Source: a virus. Taken from it: a stretch of 64,000 bases of DNA. The notes beneath the pieces are model-generated. The model worked only from the letters and a program-made list of their open reading frames with translations. It did no database searches and was not told the origin of the DNA. Shown here piece by piece: positions 19,500-27,630 of the stretch (positions are counted from its first letter, which is position 1; each line of letters starts with the position of its first letter). The position numbers and the translations under genes are program-made. Location: the IMG/VR virus record IMGVR_UViG_3300029240_000001; one strand, 5' to 3'.

Positions 19500-19847
19500 A
19501 TGGACGAGAACAACAATTACGAACAGACTAATAGCATGGAGGAGCAGAGCCCTCCAGCGGCAGAAATGACAGACGATGCTCTTAAAGAAGTAATTAAAAC
19601 GCAGCTAGAGAAAGTGCAGATGGCGGCTTTGCTCAGTGGCTCGAAAGCAATCTGTGGCGTTGTGCTTCAGTACATCGCGGAGTTCAAGCGTCAACCGGGC
19701 AAGAAGTCAGCGAATGATTACAAGCGACTAATTAAGAAGATTGAACATTTTTGCTCAATTAGTCTGGGCAAGGACATTAACGAGAATGGTGATATTGTTG
19801 ATGTCAAGAAGGAAGAAGAGAATACTTCCGAACCAGAGCAGGATTAA
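19500..19847 (+). CDS. Hypothetical acidic protein
   Basis: 115-aa ORF after GAAAGGAAG. Confidence 0.45.
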   Translation: MDENNNYEQTNSMEEQSPPAAEMTDDALKEVIKTQLEKVQMAALLSGSKAICGVVLQYIAEFKRQPGKKSANDYKRLIKKIEHFCSISLGKDINENGDIVDVKKEEENTSEPEQD

Positions 19848-19863
19848 TAATACAAAATTATTG
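19848..19863 (+). promoter_or_regulatory. Recurrent motif copy (TAATACAAAATTATTG)
   Basis: 15 of 16 positions match. It runs directly into the GGAGG RBS of the next gene. Confidence 0.45.
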
Positions 19864-19872
19864 GAGGCAACT

Positions 19873-20448
19873 ATGCAGAAGTTTACTGTTGCTCTAGATT
19901 GTGATGAGGTACTTAATAATCTCATTGAGAAAACGCTAGAGCTATATAACACGAGACATGGCACAGGACTAACGGCAGACATTTTCACGCAATATGATTT
20001 TTATAAATGCCTTCCATTTGAAATTGCAGAAGAGCTAACTTCTATCTTCATGGAGAAAGAGCTGTGGGACTCACTATCCCCAGCTCCTGACTCTCAGTGG
20101 GGAGTTAAGAAGCTAATTGATAATGGGTATGACGTCTATGTTGCAACAGCAACGCATTATTCAAATTTTGCGTGGAAAGTTGATTGGTTCGCCAAGAACT
20201 TCCCATTTATTGACCAGAAACATATTATCTGTATTCAAAACAAGTCGCTATTGCATGTAGATGTACTTGTTGATGATTGTGCAGAGAATCTAATGGCTAC
20301 AAATTATGCGGTTGATAGAGTGCTTCTTGACAAGCCATGGAATCGAAACGTGCATGACGATGTGTATGGAATTTACAGAACTAATAACTGGGAAGAAATT
20401 GTAGAGTATGTGAATGAACTATATAAAGAAAACCAATACGATATTTAA
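19873..20448 (+). CDS. 5'(3')-deoxyribonucleotidase (HAD/NT5C family)
   Basis: ATG after TTGGAGG. N-terminal DCDEV (DxDxV) nucleophile motif and C-terminal VDD motif. Confidence 0.7.
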   Translation: MQKFTVALDCDEVLNNLIEKTLELYNTRHGTGLTADIFTQYDFYKCLPFEIAEELTSIFMEKELWDSLSPAPDSQWGVKKLIDNGYDVYVATATHYSNFAWKVDWFAKNFPFIDQKHIICIQNKSLLHVDVLVDDCAENLMATNYAVDRVLLDKPWNRNVHDDVYGIYRTNNWEEIVEYVNELYKENQYDI

Positions 20449-20477
20449 GCTTTAATATTTTGAAAGGAGTTATGCCT

Positions 20478-20681
20478 ATGGTAGTGCTTTATAGTACTCA
20501 TTGTCCAAGATGCTGTATGATTGAAAAGAAGCTTCGCAACAAAGGCATTGAGTTTGAACTATTTGATGATGCTAACGCTATGCTAGAGAAGGGGTTTAAG
20601 GAAGTTCCAAAACTAGAAGTGGATGGCAAACTAATGGATTTTAAGGAAGCGAATGAGTGGGTTAATGGGGTGGTGAATTAA
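20478..20681 (+). CDS. Glutaredoxin/NrdH-like redoxin
   Basis: VVLYSTHCPRCCMIEKKL (thioredoxin-fold CxxC near the N-terminus). Sits directly upstream of nrdD. Confidence 0.7.
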   Translation: MVVLYSTHCPRCCMIEKKLRNKGIEFELFDDANAMLEKGFKEVPKLEVDGKLMDFKEANEWVNGVVN

Positions 20682-22603
20682 TGGATATTACGCTTAAACT
20701 AACAAAAGACTTTGAGCGCTGTCTTGAAGATCTAAAAAAGAAGTATGGGGAAGACTTTGAATATATTAATGGAGTGCATCCATCTCAACTTGATTTTAGC
20801 GAGTTTCTTGAAAAATTTGTTGCAAATGATACGATGGCAGATACAACGATTGACCCAAATGCCAACGCAAGTCACAAAGATATTCGTTCGTTCATGACAG
20901 AAAAGGGCAAGTCTGAGGACAAGCTATTTGCTCTTAATAAGATTTTCCTTGAGATTAAAAAGAAGTGGGGACTAAGAACTGCAAAGCAGTGGCTAGAGCA
21001 GGAATTTAGTAAGGGCCTTTATCTTAATGATAGTTCTACAGCTAGCTATTTCCCTTATTGTTGGGCAAATGATTTTACGAGACTGGCAACAGAAGGACTA
21101 TTCTTTCTTAATGGGTACAATGCGCAGCCACCAAAGCATCTTACTACGTATTTTGATGACGTAATTGAATTTGTTTCATTCCTCTCAAACCGCCAAAGCG
21201 GAGCTGTCGGCATGCCAAATGTCCTTATTTGGGCGTATTATTTTTGGAAGCATGATGTGGAAAATGGATATTATCTCAAAGACCCTGACACATATCTAAG
21301 ACAGAACTTCCAGAAGTTTATTTACCGTTTGAATCAGCCATTCTTAAGAATCGATCAGTGTGCTTTTACAAATGTAAGCATCTTTGATAGGCCCTATCTG
21401 GAGTCGCTATTCGGCGGCGTAGAATTTCCAGACGGTTCATTCGCAATGGATGAAATTGAGGAACTTATTAAATGCCAGCAGGTTTTTATGGAGGTTGTAT
21501 CTGAGACAAGAGAACATAATATGTTCACATTTCCGGTACTAACATACTCGCTACTTTACAAAGATAATAAATTTCAGGACGAACCATTTGCACGTTGGTG
21601 TTCTGCTCATAACATGAAGTGGAGCGACAGTAACTTTTTTGTGTCTGATAATGTAGGAGTGCTAAGTAACTGTTGCCGTCTATTAAGCAATACGAAGAAA
21701 CTTGACGCTTTCATCAATAGCATTGGTGGAACTGCACTTAGCGTTGGTAGTTGCAGAGTATCTACCATTAATCTTGTAAGAATTGCATATGAATCTAAAC
21801 TAAATAAAAAGAAGTATTTAGACATCTTAAAAGATAGAGTGTTACTTGATTGCAAGGCACTATATTCTATGAGACATATTCTACAACGTAATATCGAAAA
21901 AGGACTTCTGCCAAACTATCAAGACGGGGCCGTCGAATTTGACAAGCAATTCTGCACCATTGGCGGTATTGGAATGTATGAAGTGATGGATATGTTTGGT
22001 CTGATTAACACTGACGAGTTTGGGTATAAGTCTTACAGTGATGACGCTGTTGAGTTTGCAACACAGATACTGGACACAATCAACGAAGTAAAAGATAATT
22101 TTGATTGTGATTTTAGTTTTAATGTTGAAATGATTCCAGCAGAAAATTGTGCAGGTGTGATTTGCCAAGCAGATAATCTTCTATATGAAAAAGATAAATA
22201 CTTTATTTATTCTAACCAGTGGATTCCGCTGACTGAAAAATGCACAATTCAAGAAAAATGTCGACTTGGTAGTCTGTTTGATGCAAAGTGTGGTGGCGGA
22301 TGTATTGCCCACATCGACATCGAGAATCGTTTTGCTAATGAGGAAGAAGCATGGGACATGCTAAATTATGTAGCGGAGCATGGGGTAATCTACTTTGCAT
22401 TCACAACGAAGATTTCTGTTTGTGAAGACCATCATGCTTTTATTGGAACAAAAAACTGTCCAACATGTGGGAAGCCAGTCGCAGACCAATTTGCCAGAGT
22501 TGTTGGATTTTATACCCCAGTGTCATCATATCAAAAGATTAGAAAGAAAGAATTCAATCACAGACTTTGGTATGATGTTCTAAACAAGGATGGCATTATG
22601 TGA
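20681..22603 (+). CDS. nrdD: Anaerobic (class III) ribonucleoside-triphosphate reductase
   Basis: 640 aa. C-terminal CPTCGKP zinc site followed by the glycyl-radical region RVVGFYTP. Followed by the activase gene. Confidence 0.9.
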   Translation: MDITLKLTKDFERCLEDLKKKYGEDFEYINGVHPSQLDFSEFLEKFVANDTMADTTIDPNANASHKDIRSFMTEKGKSEDKLFALNKIFLEIKKKWGLRTAKQWLEQEFSKGLYLNDSSTASYFPYCWANDFTRLATEGLFFLNGYNAQPPKHLTTYFDDVIEFVSFLSNRQSGAVGMPNVLIWAYYFWKHDVENGYYLKDPDTYLRQNFQKFIYRLNQPFLRIDQCAFTNVSIFDRPYLESLFGGVEFPDGSFAMDEIEELIKCQQVFMEVVSETREHNMFTFPVLTYSLLYKDNKFQDEPFARWCSAHNMKWSDSNFFVSDNVGVLSNCCRLLSNTKKLDAFINSIGGTALSVGSCRVSTINLVRIAYESKLNKKKYLDILKDRVLLDCKALYSMRHILQRNIEKGLLPNYQDGAVEFDKQFCTIGGIGMYEVMDMFGLINTDEFGYKSYSDDAVEFATQILDTINEVKDNFDCDFSFNVEMIPAENCAGVICQADNLLYEKDKYFIYSNQWIPLTEKCTIQEKCRLGSLFDAKCGGGCIAHIDIENRFANEEEAWDMLNYVAEHGVIYFAFTTKISVCEDHHAFIGTKNCPTCGKPVADQFARVVGFYTPVSSYQKIRKKEFNHRLWYDVLNKDGIM

Positions 22604-22623
22604 TGAAACTTAAAGGAGTAGTG

Positions 22624-23085
22624 ATGGAGGACTTTGTTAATTATAAAAAGCCCTCCCTATTCCTAATAACATCAAAATGTGACTGGAAATGTTGCAATGA
22701 ATTAGGAATAGATATATCTATATGCCAGAACGAACCAATGGCAAAACAAGCGGCGAAAGATATTAGTAAAGAGTCAATATATAAGGCATATATTAACAAC
22801 AATATTACTAAAGCCATCGTGTTTGGAGGACTTGAACCAATGCTTCAATTTGATGAAGTACTTGACATAATTCAATATTTTAGAGCGCAAGAATGTCATG
22901 ACACTTTCGTTATTTATACAGGTTATTATCCGCAAGAGATCACGTGGAAATTAAATAATCTAAAGCGCTTTGACAATATAATTGTAAAGTTTGGCAGATA
23001 TACGCCAAATCGTCCAAGCAGATATGACGATGTTCTTGGTATTACGTTAGTTAGTGATAACCAATATGCAGAGAGGATATCTTGA
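22624..23085 (+). CDS. nrdG: Class III RNR activating protein-like
   Basis: Position immediately 3' of nrdD, Cys cluster (SKCDWKCCNE...ICQNE) and conserved FGGLEP-type motif. The Cys spacing is atypical, so this is moderate confidence. Confidence 0.65.
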   Translation: MEDFVNYKKPSLFLITSKCDWKCCNELGIDISICQNEPMAKQAAKDISKESIYKAYINNNITKAIVFGGLEPMLQFDEVLDIIQYFRAQECHDTFVIYTGYYPQEITWKLNNLKRFDNIIVKFGRYTPNRPSRYDDVLGITLVSDNQYAERIS

Positions 23086-23288
23086 TGAAAATTACACTTA
23101 ATCCAGATAAAGAGATAGTGGCGATTGCTCGTCAGCAACTAAAAGAGACTGGCGGTTATTGCCCTTGTGTTTTGGAACCATTCCGAAATGAAAGCGCAAA
23201 ATGTCAATGTGCAGAATTCCGTCGTCAGGTTGCTCAAGGGATTGAAGGAGAGTGCCATTGTGGACTCTTTATCGCAACAAAAGACTAA
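23085..23288 (+). CDS. Ferredoxin:thioredoxin reductase catalytic-subunit-like protein
   Basis: CPC...CQC...CHC arrangement (GGYCPCV...AKCQCAEF...GECHCGLF) matches the Cys pattern of the FTR catalytic chain. Confidence 0.55.
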   Translation: MKITLNPDKEIVAIARQQLKETGGYCPCVLEPFRNESAKCQCAEFRRQVAQGIEGECHCGLFIATKD

Positions 23289-23302
23289 CAACACAAAATT
23301 AT
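23289..23302 (+). promoter_or_regulatory. Recurrent motif copy (CAACACAAAATTAT)
   Basis: 13 of 14 positions match. Begins directly after the FTR-like stop codon. Confidence 0.45.
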
Positions 23303-23328
23303 AAATTTCAACAAAGGAGTAATGAATT

Positions 23329-23637
23329 ATGGAAGACTACGGTACGAGAGAGAAGACAATTGAAGAACTAGAGGAAGAGCTAAAGGCGGCTTCCGAAAAT
23401 TATAAGCGACTTAATGATCTGGTTAAACAGAAGAAGGACGCAGAAGAGAAGAAGCGCAATCAGAAGATTGAGGCCGAAAAGAAGGAGCGCATGAAACACA
23501 TTGATGAAAGCCTTAGTGCTGTTAATGACGAGATCAAGCAGTACCTAAACGATTATGGTGTTCTTCGACTAAACAAGCGCTATTATTACCTAAACTATGT
23601 ATTCAATGGCACCAGCCCGTTCTGGATTAATTTTTAA
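23329..23637 (+). CDS. Hypothetical coiled-coil protein
   Basis: 102 aa, highly charged E/K heptad-like sequence. Confidence 0.4.
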   Translation: MEDYGTREKTIEELEEELKAASENYKRLNDLVKQKKDAEEKKRNQKIEAEKKERMKHIDESLSAVNDEIKQYLNDYGVLRLNKRYYYLNYVFNGTSPFWINF

Positions 23638-23654
23638 TCTTGGAGGTGTTTGAC

Positions 23655-24089
23655 ATGAACATTAAGTTTGCTAAGACACGACCAGACGCCAAGATTCCAA
23701 CAAAAGGAAGCGAATTGTCTGCAGGGTACGATTTGTATGCATGTATTAAAAATGATATTCCTGTCCCGCCTTACTCAACCGTTAAGGTGGGAACTGGATT
23801 ATCAATACAGCCACCCAAAGGATATTTTGGAGCAATTTTTGCTCGAAGCGGGTTGGCAACCAATCACGGCTTAAGACCAGCGAATTGCGTTGGTGTATGT
23901 GACGAGGATTACACTGGAGAATATATTGTCGCTATTCACAATGATTCGGACAATATGTTTATTGTCCGTAATGGAGATAGGATAGCACAGCTTATATTCC
24001 TGCCATATCTGCAGATAGTTTTTGAAGAGATTGACCATTTAGATTTTACAAAAAGAGGAAGTAATGGGTTTGGAAGTAGTGGAAAATAA
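23655..24089 (+). CDS. dut: dUTP diphosphatase
   Basis: AGYDLYA, ARSGLA and GDRIAQL motifs, with terminal RGSNGFGSSG. ATG at 23655 lies 8 nt after GGAGG. Confidence 0.9.
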   Translation: MNIKFAKTRPDAKIPTKGSELSAGYDLYACIKNDIPVPPYSTVKVGTGLSIQPPKGYFGAIFARSGLATNHGLRPANCVGVCDEDYTGEYIVAIHNDSDNMFIVRNGDRIAQLIFLPYLQIVFEEIDHLDFTKRGSNGFGSSGK

Positions 24090-24969
24090 AATACCAATCT
24101 ATTGTGATTTTTGTGGCAAAGAAATTAAAATTGACAACTACAAGCGAAAAGCGAACAAACATAATTTTTGCAATAGGGAATGTCATAACAACTATCAAAA
24201 AAGCATGAAAACAAAATTAACCTGCCCAGTTTGTGGGGGATCTTTTTATCGAAAGCAAAGCGTGCTAGATAAGATGAAAGATGTTCACAATGCAACATGC
24301 TCAAAAAAATGTTGTTATGAATTAAGAAAAACATTATATTTCAAAGATGGCAATCCTCAATATGGGTTAACTGGGAAATTGAATAGCAGTTGGAAGTCGG
24401 ACGAAAGTAATAGTGGACAATATAAACTAATTAGAGTAGAAGATCACCCATTTAGAAGCAGCTCTAATTTTGTGCCAGAACACAGATTAATCGCAGAACA
24501 ATACCTACTCAATGATTCAAATTCCATTGAAATAAATGGCGAACGATACTTAAAACCAGAATGTGTGGTACACCACATAGATTTTAACAAAAAGAACAAT
24601 AATGTTGACAATTTATTTGTTTTTGAAAATGAAGCAATACATACATTGTTCCATAATTTGTATAGAAGTGGCCGAGTAAAAGATTTGCCTGATTTTCTTG
24701 AATACTATCGTGACACATATATTAACAAGTTATACAATCACCAATGGCTTTATAGAGCCTATATTGATTTTGATCTGTCTATTAATCAAATTAGCAAATG
24801 GTTCAATATACCATATAAATCTGTTCAATTAGAAGTATATCAAACTCATTTGGACGATATAAAACAACAGAATAGAGATAACGAGACATTTAAAAATTTT
24901 GTTATAAAGGAACTATCTATATTCAGCCAAGAATTAACTAAGAATACACAAGGAGAACAATATATATGA
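24064..24969 (+). mobile_element. Free-standing HNH homing endonuclease with N-terminal Cys-rich region
   Basis: VVHHIDFNKKNNNVDNLFVF...HTLFH, plus several N-terminal CxxC pairs. Inserted between dut and the deoxyribosyltransferase gene. Confidence 0.8.
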
Positions 24970-25475
24970 AAGCATATTTAGCTGGCCCAATATTCACATA
25001 TGGAGATTTGCTTCGAAATACTGAATGGGCAAAAAAGATCAGAGAAGCAATCCCCGGCATTGACTTATACTCCCCGGTTGAAAATTCTGACATAAATGGA
25101 GTTGATGGGAAGAAGAAATTTGCAGGGTCTCAAGAAATTGCCAATGCAGACAATGCAAGACTTAATAATAGCGATGTACTTATTGCTTGCATAGACGGTG
25201 ATATTTTGCCGTCTGGAACTTGCGCTGAGATCGGAAAATTCCATGAAAAGATTGAGCGCGGAGACCACAAATATATGATTGGCATTTGCACAGACAATAG
25301 ACAGTGCTATTTAACACATAGTGAAGCTAAAGACGCTGGTGGAGCAAGTAGGCTTGGTGAGCAGCAATACTCTTACCAGAATCTCTATGTTACTGGACTG
25401 CTCAATCAATGCGGCGGACTTGTATATACTATTGAAGAAGTAATTAATTATTTGCTTAAAATTCAGGAGGACTAA
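24966..25475 (+). CDS. Nucleoside 2-deoxyribosyltransferase family protein
   Basis: MKAYLAGPIFT N-terminus and SDVLIACIDG...GTCAEIG motif. Confidence 0.7.
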   Translation: MKAYLAGPIFTYGDLLRNTEWAKKIREAIPGIDLYSPVENSDINGVDGKKKFAGSQEIANADNARLNNSDVLIACIDGDILPSGTCAEIGKFHEKIERGDHKYMIGICTDNRQCYLTHSEAKDAGGASRLGEQQYSYQNLYVTGLLNQCGGLVYTIEEVINYLLKIQED

Positions 25476-25477
25476 AC

Positions 25478-26137
25478 ATGAAAACTTGGTACAACTCGCT
25501 TACTACCGCACAAAAGCTATGGATTATTTGCTCAACGTTAGCTATCGCGCTCCTAGGTGTAATTAGTGGAGACAATTGGATTAACATTCTAATTGGAACA
25601 ATTGGTATGGCGTATGTTGCTGTCTATAGTTCTGGTGCTAGAGGCGCATTTCTTATGGGCGTTGTGTACGTAGGTCTTTACACAATTATCTGTCTAGAGA
25701 ACCGTATTATGCTTGACGCGCTTCAAAATGTGATTCTGATTCCAATTTATATTGCCTCATACATCCACTGGGGCAATCGCAATGTAAAGCCACATAACGG
25801 GACACCAAAACAAAATATTGTTTTTATCCTTATTACAATTGCAGTTGGAGTTGGTCTATACTTCCTATCTAAAGCATTACATGGGAATTACAGTGCGCTT
25901 GACGCATTTAATACAGCATGCACACTAGGAGCAATGGTTCTTGGTTATTTTGGGTTTTCTATTAACTGGGCGCTATGGAGTGCTAACAATATTGCCTCTG
26001 CAGTTACATTCGGACTTGCTCTTGCAACACCAACAGGCAGTATCACCGTGTTCGCAATGAAAGTTATCTTTATGATTAATGGCATTATTGGTTGGTACAC
26101 ATTCTCTAAGATTGGCAAAGAAGCACTTAAGGAGTGA
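25478..26137 (+). CDS. PnuC-like (nicotinamide riboside / nucleoside) transporter
   Basis: 219 aa with about 7 hydrophobic helices. PnuC-like blocks: ALDAFNTACTLGAMVLG...INWALWSANNI and the terminal NGIIGWYTF. Confidence 0.6.
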   Translation: MKTWYNSLTTAQKLWIICSTLAIALLGVISGDNWINILIGTIGMAYVAVYSSGARGAFLMGVVYVGLYTIICLENRIMLDALQNVILIPIYIASYIHWGNRNVKPHNGTPKQNIVFILITIAVGVGLYFLSKALHGNYSALDAFNTACTLGAMVLGYFGFSINWALWSANNIASAVTFGLALATPTGSITVFAMKVIFMINGIIGWYTFSKIGKEALKE

Positions 26138-26142
26138 TAACT

Positions 26143-26691
26143 ATGCACACAGTATTCCTTATTGTTGGGAAAAGTTCTTCTGGGAAGGATTCGCTTGTAA
26201 ACAAGCTATGCAACGAGCACGGGTATCGACAGTTAAAATCATATGCCACTCGTCCTCGCAGAAAAGACGAAGGAGATACTCACACTTTCATTACGAAGAA
26301 CGAAGTTGCTCAGTATCAGAATCAAATGATTGCTTATACACAAATTGGAGACGCAATTTATTTTGCGACAAAAGACCAACTTATGAAATCAGATCTGTAT
26401 TGCATTGACTATCGTGGTATTGAGTATATGCATTCACTTTCGCTTGATCTTTCTGACGTTCGTTTCGTAACAATTTACATTCATGTGCCAGATGATATTC
26501 GTGAAGAGCGAGCTATCAATGGCAGAAAAGACGATGCACTTACGTTTTACAAACGCTGTTTCAATGAGAACGAGCAGTTTTCGGAGATGATTATGCGAGA
26601 CGATTTTGACTATGCAATTTCAAATATTGATTTTAACAAAGCGTATAAAATTTTTGAAACAATTATTGAGGAGGAACTAAAAGATGATTAA
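26143..26691 (+). CDS. Guanylate-kinase-like P-loop nucleoside monophosphate kinase
   Basis: P-loop (IVGKSSSGKDSL) and SYATRPRRKDEGDTHTFI, which resembles the TTRxxRxxExxGxxYxF motif. Confidence 0.65.
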   Translation: MHTVFLIVGKSSSGKDSLVNKLCNEHGYRQLKSYATRPRRKDEGDTHTFITKNEVAQYQNQMIAYTQIGDAIYFATKDQLMKSDLYCIDYRGIEYMHSLSLDLSDVRFVTIYIHVPDDIREERAINGRKDDALTFYKRCFNENEQFSEMIMRDDFDYAISNIDFNKAYKIFETIIEEELKDD

Positions 26692-26869
26692 GCGTGACAT
26701 TACAGAAACTATTTACGAATATGACAAGAACGGCAATCTTGTTCAGAAGACTGTCACAGAGACTCATGAAGTAGACGATGAGACAAGATATCCTCCAGTT
26801 AACGGAGCTTTTACTACATACGTAGGTGATACAACCGCGCACAATTGCACGTGTAGTAGCCATTCTTGA
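26684..26869 (+). CDS. Hypothetical protein
   Basis: 61-aa ORF, ATGA overlap with the kinase; last gene before the terminator. Confidence 0.35.
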   Translation: MIKRDITETIYEYDKNGNLVQKTVTETHEVDDETRYPPVNGAFTTYVGDTTAHNCTCSSHS

Positions 26870-26910
26870 CTCAAAAAATGCGTATAAATGCGCAAAATTG
26901 AATAGCAATA

Positions 26911-26950
26911 TGTCGGTAGTGTAATTTCACATTACCGGCATATTTATTTA
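26911..26950 (+). terminator. Rho-independent terminator ending the early/metabolism arm
   Basis: 12-bp stem (TGTCGGTAGTGT / ACATTACCGGCA, two G-U pairs) followed by TATTTATTTA. Confidence 0.6.
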
Positions 26951-27006
26951 TCAAAAATGCAATGATATAATGTAAAATAGAGCAAATATGATAGGAGAGT
27001 GATAAT

Positions 27007-27201
27007 ATGAAATACATAACAGTAAAACAACTATATGAAAAATTAAATGCAGAGCATCCGGGGCTAATTGGAATTAATAGTGTCTATGAGCTTGTCAAAC
27101 GTAAAGACTTCCCGTCAATTAGAAATGGGCGTAAATTCCTTATCATTGAGGACAAAGTTGATGAATGGTTTGAAAAGAAAAGTTTGGCTTATAAAAGATA
27201 G
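27007..27201 (+). CDS. Excisionase-family helix-turn-helix DNA-binding protein
   Basis: 64 aa. ITVKQLYEKL...SVYELVKRKDFPSIRNGRKFLIIEDKVDEWF is the typical Xis/MerR-like HTH layout. Adjacent to the integrase. Confidence 0.6.
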   Translation: MKYITVKQLYEKLNAEHPGLIGINSVYELVKRKDFPSIRNGRKFLIIEDKVDEWFEKKSLAYKR

Positions 27202-27204
27202 ATA

Positions 27205-27545
27205 AACTATATTGAATTGTGGTCAAAAGATGTGGTACAATAAAATTGTGGTAAATGATGTGGTCATTCAGCAAAAACATATCACTTAAATCTAGGAGAA
27301 TCAATGACTTGAGTTGTTTTTATTTATGGACACTTATGGTTCATATAGCCTGAGAAACAGCCATAAAAACATAATAGAACAGCTATTCACAAACACAAGT
27401 CTAAAGCATTGGAGCTAGAATATATGCTGGTTTAAGCTTGCTTTGGAAGAAAATTGTATTCACTCGATATCACCAATAATCTTGTACTGTTATGATAAAT
27501 AATCAAAAAATTGTGGTATTATTGTGGTACGATTGTGACTAAAAA
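27205..27545 (+). repeat. attP-like region: 4 + 3 direct (A)TTGTGGT(A/C) repeats flanking a ~245-bp non-coding core
   Basis: TGTGGT at 27218, 27231, 27247, 27259 and at 27512, 27523 (plus the variant TGTGAC at 27534), all in the same orientation. About 430 bp non-coding between xis-like and int. Confidence 0.5.
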
Positions 27546-27551
27546 TTGCCA

Positions 27552-27580
27552 TTGACCATATTGTTTTCATCAAATATAAT
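27552..27580 (+). promoter_or_regulatory. SigmaA-type promoter upstream of int (TTGACC-17-TATAAT)
   Basis: TTGACC at 27552-27557 and TATAAT at 27575-27580. Confidence 0.6.
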
Positions 27581-27593
27581 AATGATATGAACT

Positions 27594-27607
27594 ATAATTT
27601 TGTATTG
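27594..27607 (-). promoter_or_regulatory. Recurrent motif copy in inverted orientation in the int leader
   Basis: ATAATTTTGTATTG is the reverse complement of CAATACAAAATTAT. It lies between the int promoter -10 and the int RBS. Confidence 0.5.
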
Positions 27608-27630
27608 TTAGAAAATGGAGGAATATATTT

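Noticed and set aside
26079-26408. 109-aa plus-strand ORF overlapping the PnuC-like and kinase genes
   Set aside because: It is out of frame with two well-supported genes, has an Arg/Ser/Cys-rich low-complexity translation, and lacks an RBS.
27205-27545. CRISPR array or replication iterons suggested by the TGTGGT repeats
   Set aside because: The repeat unit is only 6-9 nt with irregular 11-16-nt spacing and no cas genes, so it is far too short for CRISPR. An iteron function cannot be fully excluded, but the position between the Xis-like gene and int favours arm-type recombination sites.
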